Notes under the pieces: model-generated
What the model saw: the letters and a program-made list of their open reading frames with translations, nothing else
Told to the model about the DNA's origin: nothing
Databases searched by the model: none
Position numbers and translations under genes: made by a program
Source of the DNA: Campylobacteraceae bacterium
Lineage (GTDB): Bacteria; Campylobacterota; Campylobacteria; Campylobacterales; Sulfurovaceae
Direction of reading: 5' to 3'
Length of the DNA stretch: 64,000 nt
NCBI GenBank assembly: GCA_027065045.1
Contig: JAMOOX010000087.1
Location: 30,912-94,911 of the forward strand
Shown: positions 1 to 10,644 of the stretch, piece by piece
Position numbering within the stretch: the first letter of the stretch is position 1
Layout of the letters: every line of letters begins with the position of its first letter

Positions 1-710
1 ATTAATAGATTTGTTTCTATATCTCTACCTGTTACTAATGAGTAGCTTAAATCTGCATTTAAAAAGTCTTTCATATCAATATGTGCTACATCATCAATAG
101 ATATATTCTCTAATGCTTTTGGCTTAAACTCTTGTGGTATTAATTTTCTATTTAATCCTACACTAAGGTCTCTAGCTACTCCATTAATACTTAGACAATC
201 ACCACGGTTAGCAGTAAGTTCAATCTCTATAATAGTATCAGCAATAGTTAAATATTGAGATAGTTCTTTACCTACAATAAGCTCTCCAATAGAGTCATCT
301 AATATCATAATCCCATCATTGAGTTCAGGTAATCCCAACTCACTAGATGAACAAACCATACCAAAGCTATCTACATCTCTTAAAACAGCCTCTTTAATCT
401 CAAAATCATCTCCAAGTTTTGCCCCAATAGTTGCTACGGCTACAAATTTAGCATCAACTACATTTTTTGCACCACATACAATTTGAACTGGCTCATCTGC
501 TCCAATATTAATACTACAAACATTTAATTTATCAGCATTAGGATGTTTGCTACAAGATAAAATCTCTCCAACTACAACTCCCTTTGGAATTGTTATATCT
601 TTTATACTATCTACCTCTAAACCAATAGAGTTTAAACATCTATAAATATCATCATTACTAATTCTATCAAGGTCAAGATACTCACTTAACCAACTTTTTG
701 TTACTATCAT
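1..710 (-). CDS. pheT: phenylalanine--tRNA ligase beta subunit, N-terminal part (gene runs off the window start)
   Basis: My translation of the minus strand from the ATG at 710 gives [35 protein letters not shown]...[17 protein letters not shown], a tRNA-binding domain. Its start overlaps the pheS stop as ATGA. It is absent from the ORF track because it is open at the window edge. Confidence 0.85.
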   Translation of the reverse strand, partial: MIVTKSWLSEYLDLDRISNDDIYRCLNSIGLEVDSIKDITIPKGVVVGEILSCSKHPNADKLNVCSINIGADEPVQIVCGAKNVVDAKFVAVATIGAKLGDDFEIKEAVLRDVDSFGMVCSSSELGLPELNDGIMILDDSIGELIVGKELSQYLTIADTIIEIELTANRGDCLSINGVARDLSVGLNRKLIPQEFKPKALENISIDDVAHIDMKDFLNADLSYSLVTGRDIETNLL

Positions 711-1699
711 CTAAACTGCTCCATTAGTCTAATATCTCCCTCAAAAAGAGTCCTCAAATCTGGTACTCTATGTAAAAGCATAGCAAATCTCTCTATCCCT
801 AAACCAAAAGCATATCCACTTACATCTTTGTATCCAACAGCATCAAATACATTAGGGTCAACCACACCACAACCTAATACCTCTAACCAACCAGTATGAG
901 AACATATTCTACACCCTTTGGCTTCACAAAATATACAAGATATATCCACTTCAGCAGATGGTTCGGTAAAAGGGAAAAAACTAGGTCTAAATCTAACCTC
1001 TACATCTCCAAACATATATTGTAAAAAGTCAATTAAAATTGATTTAAGATTAGCAAAACTTACTACACCCTTTTTATCAACCACAAGCCCCTCTATTTGA
1101 TGAAACATTGGAGTATGGGTAACATCATAATCTCTTCTAAATACACTACCTGGGGCAATCATTCTAATTGGAGGAGTTGAGTTTTTCATAGTCCTAATTT
1201 GAACTGGTGATGTATGAGTTCTTAAAAGTTTCCCATCTCCACAAAAAAATGTATCTTGCATATCTCTAGCAGGGTGATATTTTGGTAGATTTAGAGCCTC
1301 AAAGTTATGAAAATCATCTTCTACCACTGGCCCACTCTCCACAGCAAAATTCATAGATACAAAATAGTCTATAATCTTATCCATAGTCTCCATCACAGGA
1401 TGAAGAGATGCTTTATTTGAGATATTTGAATACAAAGATACATCAATCTTTTCAGATTTCAAAATATTTTCTATCTCAATCTTTTTAACCTCTTTATATC
1501 TATCATCAAAAACAGATTGAAGCTTCTCTTTTTGCTCATTTAGATTTTGAGCAAAAGCCTTTTTCTCTTGTGGTGGAATATCTTTGAGTTTAATAAACTC
1601 TTTAGATAGTATCCCCCTCTTACCAAAAATCTCTATCCGTAAGCCCTCTAAAGCTTCAAGAGTATCAGCTTTTAATATATTATCTTTTAAATTTTCCAA
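707..1699 (-). CDS. pheS: phenylalanine--tRNA ligase alpha subunit
   Basis: 330 aa with class II aaRS motifs ([25 protein letters not shown]), directly upstream of pheT. Confidence 0.95.
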   Translation of the reverse strand: MENLKDNILKADTLEALEGLRIEIFGKRGILSKEFIKLKDIPPQEKKAFAQNLNEQKEKLQSVFDDRYKEVKKIEIENILKSEKIDVSLYSNISNKASLHPVMETMDKIIDYFVSMNFAVESGPVVEDDFHNFEALNLPKYHPARDMQDTFFCGDGKLLRTHTSPVQIRTMKNSTPPIRMIAPGSVFRRDYDVTHTPMFHQIEGLVVDKKGVVSFANLKSILIDFLQYMFGDVEVRFRPSFFPFTEPSAEVDISCIFCEAKGCRICSHTGWLEVLGCGVVDPNVFDAVGYKDVSGYAFGLGIERFAMLLHRVPDLRTLFEGDIRLMEQFR

Positions 1700-1822
1700 A
1701 ATAACCTCTTAATTACTATTTATTAGAGAGGATTTTACCTAAAAATTGCTTTATTCCAAAACTATAAATCATTTTCAAAGAAAAAAACACTATAATTACA
1801 AAAAAAGATTAAAAGGGATTAT

Positions 1823-2704
1823 TTGTTAATTAGTGTACCTGCAACTAGTGCTAACTTAGGGCCTGGTTTTGATTCATTAGGATTAGCTATTGATTTGAGA
1901 AATGAGATTATTATTACTCCATCAAAGTTTTTAAGTTTATCAACAATAGGAGAGGGTTCTAATAATCCAAAGATTAAGAAGAATACACTATTTCTAAGCA
2001 TTTTTAATGAAAATTATAAAAGATTAACAAATAGAAGTGATAATTTTAGGTTTGAATTTATTAATAATATTCCAATTTCAAGAGGTTTAGGTAGTTCGTC
2101 TGCTGTAATTGTGGCATCTATTACAGCAGCTTATGCTATGTCTAAAACTAAGTATAATAAGAGAGAGATTTTAAATTTAGCTCTTAAATATGAGCATCAT
2201 CCTGATAATATTACTCCTGCTGTTATGGGTGGGTTTAATGTGGCTTGTGTTGATAATGATAAGGTTTATAGCAAAAAAAGACGGTTACCTGATTATCTAA
2301 AAGCAGTTGTAGTTGTGCCAAACAAGACAATTTCAACTGCTCGTTCTCGTACAATTCTACCAAATCAATATAAAGCAGAGGAGACTGTCTATTCGCTCTC
2401 TCGTAGTGCATTTATGACATCTGTGTTTATGAGTGAGTCGTGGGATTTGCTTCGTGTGGCATCACAAGATAAGTTACATCAAACTAGAAGAATGAAAGCT
2501 ATGCCAGAGCTTTTTGATGTACAAAAGACTGCACTTGATAATGGTGCTTTGATGAGTACACTCTCTGGGAGTGGTTCTACATTTTTTAGTTTATGTTATG
2601 ATAAAGATGTTAATAAGGTGGCAAAGAAGCTAAAAGATAAATTTCCAAGATTTAGAGTTATGACAAAGTCTTTGGATAATTATGGTGTTACAACAAAGAG
2701 TTAA
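1823..2704 (+). CDS. thrB: homoserine kinase
   Basis: GHMP kinase signature: [16 protein letters not shown] and [14 protein letters not shown] start with an AAGGGA RBS upstream. Confidence 0.9.
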   Translation: MLISVPATSANLGPGFDSLGLAIDLRNEIIITPSKFLSLSTIGEGSNNPKIKKNTLFLSIFNENYKRLTNRSDNFRFEFINNIPISRGLGSSSAVIVASITAAYAMSKTKYNKREILNLALKYEHHPDNITPAVMGGFNVACVDNDKVYSKKRRLPDYLKAVVVVPNKTISTARSRTILPNQYKAEETVYSLSRSAFMTSVFMSESWDLLRVASQDKLHQTRRMKAMPELFDVQKTALDNGALMSTLSGSGSTFFSLCYDKDVNKVAKKLKDKFPRFRVMTKSLDNYGVTTKS

Positions 2705-2726
2705 ACTCTTTTAAGGTATAATTACA

Positions 2727-2960
2727 TTGCAAAAATCCAAACCTATGAGAATGTGTATATCCTGTCGTATAAGAAATGAACAAAATAGTATGTTGAGATT
2801 ACAATATATAGAAGATAAGGTTATCTCATATAGAGGTTATGGAAGAAGTTTTTATATCTGTGTTAGTTGTACCTGCAATCCAAAAAAAATCAAAGGTTTA
2901 ACGAAGCGTTTTAAACAAGATGAAGAGCTTTTTGTTAAGTTTTTAAAGGAGCGAAAATAA
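2727..2960 (+). CDS. YlxR/DUF448 family RNA-binding protein
   Basis: Small basic protein with R(M)CISCR...LLR motif, in the conserved position immediately upstream of infB. The start could be the TTG at 2727 or the ATG at 2745. Confidence 0.75.
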   Translation: MQKSKPMRMCISCRIRNEQNSMLRLQYIEDKVISYRGYGRSFYICVSCTCNPKKIKGLTKRFKQDEELFVKFLKERK

Positions 2961-5492
2961 ATGGGTAAAGTAAAAATCCTAGAGATAGCTGCAGAGGCTG
3001 GAAAGTCAAATGCAGTATTATTAGACAAAGCTAAAGAGTTAGGCTTTGATGTAAAAGTAGCAAATAGTACAGTGAGCGAAGAACAAGCAGAAATACTTGT
3101 AAATTATGTAATTGATGGAACACTTCCTGATGGTTTTAAAAAACCTGTAAAGAAATCTAAAATTACTGTAAGTAAAAAAATTACAGCAGTAAAAAAAGAG
3201 ACTCCTAAAGTTGTAGGAGATGTAGAGAAATCTACTGAAACAAAAGGAGAAGCTTCAGATGATAGTAAAGCTGAAGAGGTACCAAAAGAGGCAGAGAAGC
3301 CGAAGATAAAGCTAAGAACTAAAAAATCTTTATCTCGTGGTGGAATTACAGTTGTAAAAAGAGCTAGACCTCTAAAGAAAAAAGCACCAATTCAATCAAT
3401 GGAAAGCTCTTCTACTCCTAAAAAGAAAAAGCCAAAGAAGAGTGGAGCAACTGCTAAAGATAGTGGTAAAAGACTAGAGATTATGAGTAGTGGCAACTTT
3501 GGTGGTGGTACAGAACTATTTGCTGAAGAGGAAGTAGTGTTACTTGACTTTTCTGATAAAAATATCTATGAAGATATGAAAAGACAAGAACAAAAGAGAA
3601 AAGAGGGTAACAAGCAAAGAGGTATGATTAATAATGGTTCTAACAAGCATTTTAATAACAGACCTAAAAGTATCAAGCGTTCAAGTAGAAAAAGAAAGAA
3701 TTACAATAAAATAGAAGAGGATATTGTAGTTAGTTCTATTGAGATACCTGAAGATGTAAGAGTATATGAGTTTGCTGAAAAAGTAGGTAAAAATGTAGGA
3801 GAGGTTGTAAAAGTTCTTTTCACACTTGGGACTATGGTTACCAAAAATGACTTTTTGGATAAAGACTCTATTGAGATATTAGCAGAAGAGTTTGAAGTAG
3901 AAGTAACTATTATTAATCCTCTTGATGCTCTTGATTACTCTAATGCTTATGATGATGAAGAGATTGATGAGACTCTATTAGAAGAGAGACCTCCTGTAAT
4001 TACAATTATGGGGCATGTTGACCATGGTAAGACTTCACTTCTTGATAAGATTAGAGAGACAAAAGTAGTAGATAAAGAAGCAGGTGGAATTACACAACAT
4101 GTTGGTGCTTATCAAGTAGAAAAAAGTGGTAAAAAAATCACATTTATTGATACTCCAGGACATGCTGCCTTTACAGAGATGAGAGCAAGAGGAACACAAG
4201 CCACTGATATAGTTTTAATTATTATCGCAGCAGATGATGGGATTAAACCTCAAACAAAAGAGGCAATTTCTCATGCAAAAGATGCAAATGTGCCAATTAT
4301 TGTAGTAATTACTAAGATAGATAAAGAGTCTGCTAATGTAGATATGGTAAAATCTCAACTATCAGAACATAATCTTCTTACAGTTGATTGGGGTGGAGAG
4401 ATAGAGTCTGTAAATGTATCATCTCACTCGGGAGAGGGAATTGATGAACTACTTGATGTAATTTTAATTCAAGCAGAAGTTATGGAACTTCAAGCATCTC
4501 CTAGTAGAAAAGCTAAAGCTATTGTAGTAGAGAGTTCATTAGAAAAAGGCTTTGGTGCTGTTGCTAATGTAATTATGAAAGATGGTACTCTAAGCATTGG
4601 AGATAGTATTGTAGTTGGTACTACTTATGGTAAAGTAAGAACTCTAGTTAATGACCATGGTAAAAGCGTAAAATCAATAGGACCTAGTACTCCTGCTTCT
4701 GTAATGGGATTAAATGAAGTACCAACTGCTGGTGAAATTTTGATGTCTATGGATAGTGAAAAAGAGACAAAAGAGTTGGCTCAAAAAAGATATGACCATA
4801 AAAGAGCAAAAGAGCTTTCAAGAAGTACAAAAGCAACTCTTGATGATTTATCATCTCTTATTGCAGAGGGACAACTTAAATCTCTTCCTGTTATTATCAA
4901 AACAGATGTTCAAGGTTCACTAGAAGCTATCAAAGGCTCATTAGAGAAACTTAAAAATGAAGAGGTTAAAGTTAATATTATTCACGAAGGTGTTGGTGGA
5001 GTTACAGAGAGTGATGTAGCATTGGCAAGTGCTAGTGAGCATACAGTAATTTTAGGATTTAATGTTCGCCCAACAGGAAGTGTAAAAAAGAGAGCAAAAG
5101 AGCTTGGAATTGAGATTAAATCATACTCAATTATCTATGAACTTATTGATGATGTAAAAGCATTCTTGGGTGGTATGATGTCCCCTGTATTAAGCGAAGA
5201 GGTTACAGGACAAGCTGAAGTAAGAGAGACTTTTATTGTAGATAAAGTTGGAACTATTGCTGGTTGTAAAGTAACTGATGGTAGTATTATCCGTGGTGGT
5301 GGTGCTAGACTTATTCGTGATGGTGTGGTTGTATATGAGAGTACAATTAGTTCTCTTAAGAGATTTAATGATGATGCAAGAGAAGTTAAAAATGGATATG
5401 AGTGTGGTATAATGTTGGCTAACTATAATGATATTAAAGTTGGAGATTTTATTGAGACATTCAAAGAGGTAGAAGAAAAAGCATCACTATGA
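2961..5492 (+). CDS. infB: translation initiation factor IF-2
   Basis: 843 aa. GTPase motifs GHVDHGKTSLLD, DTPGH and TKID, with a Lys-rich N-terminal region. Confidence 0.97.
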   Translation: MGKVKILEIAAEAGKSNAVLLDKAKELGFDVKVANSTVSEEQAEILVNYVIDGTLPDGFKKPVKKSKITVSKKITAVKKETPKVVGDVEKSTETKGEASDDSKAEEVPKEAEKPKIKLRTKKSLSRGGITVVKRARPLKKKAPIQSMESSSTPKKKKPKKSGATAKDSGKRLEIMSSGNFGGGTELFAEEEVVLLDFSDKNIYEDMKRQEQKRKEGNKQRGMINNGSNKHFNNRPKSIKRSSRKRKNYNKIEEDIVVSSIEIPEDVRVYEFAEKVGKNVGEVVKVLFTLGTMVTKNDFLDKDSIEILAEEFEVEVTIINPLDALDYSNAYDDEEIDETLLEERPPVITIMGHVDHGKTSLLDKIRETKVVDKEAGGITQHVGAYQVEKSGKKITFIDTPGHAAFTEMRARGTQATDIVLIIIAADDGIKPQTKEAISHAKDANVPIIVVITKIDKESANVDMVKSQLSEHNLLTVDWGGEIESVNVSSHSGEGIDELLDVILIQAEVMELQASPSRKAKAIVVESSLEKGFGAVANVIMKDGTLSIGDSIVVGTTYGKVRTLVNDHGKSVKSIGPSTPASVMGLNEVPTAGEILMSMDSEKETKELAQKRYDHKRAKELSRSTKATLDDLSSLIAEGQLKSLPVIIKTDVQGSLEAIKGSLEKLKNEEVKVNIIHEGVGGVTESDVALASASEHTVILGFNVRPTGSVKKRAKELGIEIKSYSIIYELIDDVKAFLGGMMSPVLSEEVTGQAEVRETFIVDKVGTIAGCKVTDGSIIRGGGARLIRDGVVVYESTISSLKRFNDDAREVKNGYECGIMLANYNDIKVGDFIETFKEVEEKASL

Positions 5493-5842
5493 CAAACGAA
5501 GAGATTAAAAGACATAGAGTAGAGTCAATTTTAAAAGAGATTATTCCAGAGGCATTGAGTTCGCTTGATGATAGTAGGATTAACTCTCTACTTGTTACAG
5601 AAGTAGTATGTTCTAAAGGTAGAAGTAATGCAAAAGTTTATCTTGATAAGTCATTTCTTACTCCTCAAGAACAAGGTGAAGCACTAAAACAGCTTAGAAA
5701 AGTGGGTGGATTTATTCAAAACCACTGTAAAAGTAGTGAGGGGTGGTTTAAAGCACCTATCTTTACTTTTGAGTTTGATGAGCAGTTAGAGTATATTACA
5801 AAAATGGAAGATTTATTTAAACAAATTAGTGCAAAATCATAA
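5489..5842 (+). CDS. rbfA: ribosome-binding factor A
   Basis: 117 aa. ATGA overlap with infB, conserved infB-rbfA-rimP order, RbfA-like sequence. Confidence 0.85.
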   Translation: MTNEEIKRHRVESILKEIIPEALSSLDDSRINSLLVTEVVCSKGRSNAKVYLDKSFLTPQEQGEALKQLRKVGGFIQNHCKSSEGWFKAPIFTFEFDEQLEYITKMEDLFKQISAKS

Positions 5843-5854
5843 AAGGATAAGATT

Positions 5855-6289
5855 ATGAATTTAGATATTGAAATAGAAAAAATAGTAAATATAAATGGTG
5901 CTAATTTATATGACACAGAGATAGTTACAGAACATGAAAACAGTATATTTAGAGTATATGTAACTAAAGAGGGTGGGATTAGCCTTGACTTATGTGCCTC
6001 TATATCCAGAGAACTTTCACCATTTTTAGATGTTTATCCTCCTATGAGTGCTAAATATACTCTTGAAGTAAGCTCACCAGGTATTGAGCGAAAACTTACA
6101 AAATTATCACATTTTAAATCATCTATTGGAGAGAAGATAAAAACCAAAATATTTGGTGATGGTAAAGTAAAAGGTGTTTTAAAATCAGTAGATAAAGATG
6201 GATTTGAAATAAAGTATAAAGATGGCACAATCAGTAAGTTAAGGTATGATAGTGTAGGTACAACAAAGACTTATTATGAGTGGATTTAA
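5855..6289 (+). CDS. rimP: ribosome maturation factor RimP
   Basis: 144 aa with the LEVSSPGIERKL motif typical of RimP. Confidence 0.85.
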   Translation: MNLDIEIEKIVNINGANLYDTEIVTEHENSIFRVYVTKEGGISLDLCASISRELSPFLDVYPPMSAKYTLEVSSPGIERKLTKLSHFKSSIGEKIKTKIFGDGKVKGVLKSVDKDGFEIKYKDGTISKLRYDSVGTTKTYYEWI

Positions 6290-7292
6290 TGATAAAATAT
6301 TGATGAATCTTGCTATCTATAAAGCATGGAAATATCAAGGTTTTACATATCCTAACCCTGCAGTGGGAGCTTTGGTTGTAGATGGTAAAGGTGAGATTGT
6401 AGCAATAGAGGCTCACCAAAAAGCAGGGACTTCTCACGCAGAAGTTTTGGCACTGCTTAGTGCTTATGAAGAGATAACGAATCAAAAACTTCCCATAGAT
6501 AAACTAAACCCAATTTTAGCACATAGATTTTTGACTACTTACTCTAACGATATATTCAAAGATTGTACAATTTATGTAACACTTGAACCATGTTCTCATA
6601 TTGGCAAAACTCCATCATGTGCATCACTACTTATTGATATTGGAATTAAAAGAGTGGTTGTATCTACAACAGACCCAATATCCTCTCATAGTGGTGGAAT
6701 TGATATAATGAAATATCAAGGGATTCAAGTTACAGTTGGGGTAGAAGAAGAGAAAGCAAAAGAATTAATTGAGCCATTTTTAATATGGCAAAGTAGAGCT
6801 TTCGTTCTATTTAAAATAGCTCAAACTTTTAATGGAAAGATAGGTGGTGGGTATCTAAGTTGTAAAAGCTCACTTACTCATACTCACAAACTACGAGAGG
6901 TTAGCAATAAAATATTAATTGGTGGAAATACAGTAAGAGTAGATAGACCAAGACTTGATTGTAGATTTTTAAAAGAGGCCATATCTCCTGATGTTTATAT
7001 ATATTCAAGTGCTGATAATTTTGATAGAGATACACCACTATTTAATATTCCTCATAGAACCGTAGAAATAGGAGATGATTTAAGCTTTTTAGATAATCCA
7101 TCATTTGTAATTATAGAGGGAGGAGAGGGAATGCTTAATGCCATCAAAGATAAAATAGATTGGCTTTTAATTTATCAAACATCTACTGTATCTACAAATG
7201 AAACAGATTATAAATTAAATCTCAAGACACAATCCTTACACCAACGAAAAATAGGAAAAGATGTAATGCTATGGAGCAAAGCCTTAAAATAG
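6276..7292 (+). CDS. ribD: bifunctional riboflavin biosynthesis deaminase/reductase
   Basis: CMP/dCMP deaminase zinc motifs HAEVLAL and TLEPCSHIGKTPSC, followed by a C-terminal reductase-like half. Confidence 0.85.
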   Translation: MSGFNDKILMNLAIYKAWKYQGFTYPNPAVGALVVDGKGEIVAIEAHQKAGTSHAEVLALLSAYEEITNQKLPIDKLNPILAHRFLTTYSNDIFKDCTIYVTLEPCSHIGKTPSCASLLIDIGIKRVVVSTTDPISSHSGGIDIMKYQGIQVTVGVEEEKAKELIEPFLIWQSRAFVLFKIAQTFNGKIGGGYLSCKSSLTHTHKLREVSNKILIGGNTVRVDRPRLDCRFLKEAISPDVYIYSSADNFDRDTPLFNIPHRTVEIGDDLSFLDNPSFVIIEGGEGMLNAIKDKIDWLLIYQTSTVSTNETDYKLNLKTQSLHQRKIGKDVMLWSKALK

Positions 7293-7304
7293 GAGCTTAA
7301 ATTT

Positions 7305-8618
7305 ATGACTATAGAACTTAAAAATATTGGAATGATTAAAGAGGCTATCGTTAAGATAGATGGATTAACTGTTATTGCTGGGGAGAATGATACAGGGAAG
7401 AGTACCGTTGGAAAAGTAATATTTTCTCTAATCAAAGCGAGTAGTAGATATAAAGAAGATTTAGAAGAAAATAAAGAAAAACAGATATTTGCAAAAATTG
7501 AACAAATCTATTTTAAATTAAGAAGAGAAATAGATTTTTCAAATAGATTAGACTTAAGAGAACAATTTTTTCCACCTATATTTAAAATGGATGTAGATAG
7601 ACAAGGTAGTATAGCTATTGAGAAAAGATTAGATTTTATATATACTTCAAATAATATATCTGAAAATTTTAATATTTTTAATAAAATAGAAAATGATTTA
7701 AATCAGTTATTAAAAATAATTAATACGGAAGATAAAATAGAGGATATGCAAAAAAGAGCATTTCAAAAAGTATTAATTTCTGAATTTAAAGGAAAAATTA
7801 CAAATCTTAACTCTACTAATAAATCAAAAATCAAAATATTTGATGGTCAAAACCCAATATTAAATGTAACTATTAGAGATAATAAAATTACAAAATTTGA
7901 AGTTTATGATAGATTATATTTTAATGATGCTACTTTTATTGAGAGTCCCATCTCTTTGCAACTCTCTGAACTTATAGATAATTCTAAAACTTATTTTGAA
8001 AATATAGAGAAACCTCTTAATAGGCAACCGAATATATCTCTACATATTAAAGATTTAAATGAAAAATTAAAAGAGTCATCTTATAATGAGGATTTATTGG
8101 ATTTAGATATAATATTTAGTGATTTAGATATAAATACTTTAAATAATAATTTATCTAATACTATGAATGGAAATATTAAATATCATAAAAAAACTAAAGA
8201 TTTTATCTATATATCAAATGGTAATAGTTTTTATAGCATTAATACTGCTACTGGAATTAAATCGTTTGGTATTATTCAAATGCTTCTAAAAAGTGGTTAT
8301 ATAAATAAAAATTCTCTTTTGATTTTAGATGAACCTGAAGTACATCTACATCCAAAATGGCAATTAAAATATGCTAAGTTTATAGTTAAGTTAGTTGAAA
8401 ATAATATTAATGTTTTGGTTACTTCTCATAGTCCATATATGATAGAGGCTTTAAAAAGATATTCTGAACTAGAAAATATAGAACAAAAAACAAACTTTTA
8501 TTTAGCAAAAGATGGATATATAGAGCATCAAGATAGTTTAGAGAATATTTTTGAAAAATTAGCTCTTCCTATGAGGGAGTTAAAAAAACTAAAAATGGCA
8601 AAATACTTAAATGATTAA
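7305..8618 (+). CDS. ABC-type (AAA_15/AAA_21-like, OLD/PtuA/AriA-class) ATPase
   Basis: Walker A GENDTGKST lies near the N-terminus. A roughly 300-aa Asn/Lys/Ile-rich helical insert follows, then a C-terminal LLILDEPEVHLHPKWQ...VTSHSPYM block (Walker B/D-loop/H-loop). An AGGAG RBS lies 12 nt after the ribD stop. Confidence 0.8.
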   Translation: MTIELKNIGMIKEAIVKIDGLTVIAGENDTGKSTVGKVIFSLIKASSRYKEDLEENKEKQIFAKIEQIYFKLRREIDFSNRLDLREQFFPPIFKMDVDRQGSIAIEKRLDFIYTSNNISENFNIFNKIENDLNQLLKIINTEDKIEDMQKRAFQKVLISEFKGKITNLNSTNKSKIKIFDGQNPILNVTIRDNKITKFEVYDRLYFNDATFIESPISLQLSELIDNSKTYFENIEKPLNRQPNISLHIKDLNEKLKESSYNEDLLDLDIIFSDLDINTLNNNLSNTMNGNIKYHKKTKDFIYISNGNSFYSINTATGIKSFGIIQMLLKSGYINKNSLLILDEPEVHLHPKWQLKYAKFIVKLVENNINVLVTSHSPYMIEALKRYSELENIEQKTNFYLAKDGYIEHQDSLENIFEKLALPMRELKKLKMAKYLND

Positions 8619-9141
8619 AAAAGCTCTTTCTCAATTAAGCTATGATAAGAAAAACAACATTATAGTTTGCAACTATATCAATACTTTTATTGATTTAGAT
8701 GATACAAAAGGCATTTTGAAAAAATCTCAATCCCCTAATTCTCCTGATATGTTGTATATTGATAAAAATAAAAAAGAAATATGGTTTGTAGAATTTAAAT
8801 CTTCTAATCATAAATCTTTAAATTCATGGAAAGAAAAATCTAAATTAAGAAAAAAGATTTTTTCAGGTCTTTTTTTAATTTATGAAATTTTTTGTAAAGA
8901 AAGTTGTCTTTATAAAGAGTATGATAAATTTTATTTTATTGCCTACAATAAAGAAAAGATAGAAAGTAGTGAAGATGAGCTTTTAGATATGTTTGAAGAT
9001 TTTTCTAGTCGTTCTATTGAGTTTGGATTAGAGGATTTAAAACCACAATTTGTAAAAGATATTTTTACAGAGGATTGTGATGAGTTAAAAAAACTTTTTC
9101 AAAAAAGATTTAATATTGAATTTATAAAGGAAACAAAATGA
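8611..9141 (+). CDS. hypothetical protein with candidate PD-(D/E)xK nuclease motif
   Basis: 176 aa. The motif SPD46[15 protein letters not shown]61-F-K63 looks like a beta-hairpin PD...ExK. The start overlaps the ATPase stop by 8 nt (ATGATTAA) and the stop overlaps the glyQ ATG (ATGA). Confidence 0.55.
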   Translation: MIKKALSQLSYDKKNNIIVCNYINTFIDLDDTKGILKKSQSPNSPDMLYIDKNKKEIWFVEFKSSNHKSLNSWKEKSKLRKKIFSGLFLIYEIFCKESCLYKEYDKFYFIAYNKEKIESSEDELLDMFEDFSSRSIEFGLEDLKPQFVKDIFTEDCDELKKLFQKRFNIEFIKETK

Positions 9142-10031
9142 ATAAAAACACATTAACATTTAGTCAAATACTACTAAAACTACAACTATACTGGGCAGAC
9201 CAAGGGTGTAATATAGTACAACCCTACGATATACCAGCAGGTGCAGGGACATTTCACCCTGCTACACTTCTAAGAAGTTTAGATAGCAAACCATGGAGTA
9301 CAGCCTATGTAGCACCATCACGAAGACCAACTGATGGACGATATGGAGAAAACCCAAATAGATTAGGGGCATATTATCAATTTCAAGCACTTATCAAACC
9401 ATCTCCTGATAATATTCAAGAGCTTTATCTCAAGTCATTAGAGTATTTAGGACTTGATTTATCACAGCATGATATTAGATTTGTAGAGGATAATTGGGAA
9501 TCCCCAACTCTTGGTGCCTGGGGACTTGGTTGGGAAGTTTGGCTTGATGGTATGGAAGTTACTCAATTTACATATTTTCAACAGGTTGGAGGAATTGCTT
9601 GTAACCCAGTAGCAGTTGAGATTACTTATGGAACAGAGCGACTTGCTATGTATCTTCAAGGAGTTGAATCCGTATTTGATATTGTATGGAATAGACAAGG
9701 TGATAATATCACAACTTATGCCGATGTTCATAAAGAGAGTGAGTATGAGTTTAGTAAATATCACTTTGAAGTAGCCACAGTAGAGAAGCTATTTAAAGAT
9801 TTTGAAGATGCTTCTAATGAGTGTAGATTATGTCTTGAAAATGAGTTGCCACTACCTGCTTATGATGAGTGTATGAAAGCATCTCATTCCTTTAATGTCC
9901 TTGATGCTAGAAAAGCTATATCACAAGCTCAAAGACAAAATTATATACTTAAAGTTAGAGAACTCTCTATTGGTTGTGCTAAGCTTTATAAAGAACAAGA
10001 GGCTGAAAGAGAAAAAACCCAGATTTTATGA
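9138..10031 (+). CDS. glyQ: glycine--tRNA ligase alpha subunit
   Basis: 297 aa. [18 protein letters not shown]...[11 protein letters not shown] is highly characteristic of GlyQ. Confidence 0.97.
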   Translation: MNKNTLTFSQILLKLQLYWADQGCNIVQPYDIPAGAGTFHPATLLRSLDSKPWSTAYVAPSRRPTDGRYGENPNRLGAYYQFQALIKPSPDNIQELYLKSLEYLGLDLSQHDIRFVEDNWESPTLGAWGLGWEVWLDGMEVTQFTYFQQVGGIACNPVAVEITYGTERLAMYLQGVESVFDIVWNRQGDNITTYADVHKESEYEFSKYHFEVATVEKLFKDFEDASNECRLCLENELPLPAYDECMKASHSFNVLDARKAISQAQRQNYILKVRELSIGCAKLYKEQEAEREKTQIL

Positions 10032-10144
10032 AGTTTCTTCAAAACATAAAAATAGATTTTAAATCAAAGAGAATTCATAAAAATGAATATGATAAAATTA
10101 TTGACCCTTATAAACATATTGCAGAAAGAATTGCTAAAAAGTAA
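10028..10144 (+). CDS. possible 38-aa Lys-rich small protein
   Basis: My translation is [38 protein letters not shown]. The ATG overlaps the glyQ TGA (ATGA coupling). No recognisable family. Confidence 0.2.
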   Translation: MKFLQNIKIDFKSKRIHKNEYDKIIDPYKHIAERIAKK

Positions 10145-10410
10145 GAGGAGAGAATAAGTTACCTCACAGCAATTTATTTTCTCACTATAGTCATTATAAT
10201 AATTAGAGTAGCACATAGAAAAGAAATTTATTAAGCTTAAAAGCGAACAAGGTAATACTTACAATTATTCAAGCTTTTAATTTGCATAAAGTAAAATTAA
10301 AAGAATATAATAAAACAAGAAAAAATTAATTATTATAAATATAAATCATAATTTTAGTTAAAATTAAACAATATTAGTTTATACTTTAACTATAAAGTAA
10401 AGGATTAATA

Positions 10411-10644
10411 ATGACTGTAAGTGCAAAAGATTTAAGATTTAATATATCTATGCTTTTTGATGTATTGAGTAAAGGTGAAGAGATACTTATTACTTATAGA
10501 GGTAAAGCAAAGGCTAAACTTATCTCTTATAATAATTTAAAAGAGGAAAAAAGTGATGCCATTTTTGGATTATGAAAAGATAGAGATGAGGATGTAAATA
10601 GTATAGTAAAAAATATGAGAAAAGGTCGTAATTTTGATATATGA
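10411..10644 (+). pseudogene. Phd/YefM-type antitoxin (VapB-like) interrupted by an in-frame TGA
   Basis: My translation is MTVSAKDLRFNISMLFDVLSKGEEILITYRGKAKAKLISYNNLKEEKSDAIFGL*KDRDEDVNSIVKNMRKGRNFDI. The stop at 10573-10575 sits where related antitoxins have FG(L/M)WKD, consistent with TGG->TGA. Confidence 0.6.

Noticed and set aside
10573-10575. TGA read as Trp (alternative genetic code) because it falls at a conserved Trp position of the Phd-like antitoxin.
   Set aside because: TGA clearly terminates many well-defined genes in this window, for example pheS and glyQ. Trp is encoded by TGG throughout. The neighbouring vapC is independently broken, so pseudogenisation is the simpler explanation.
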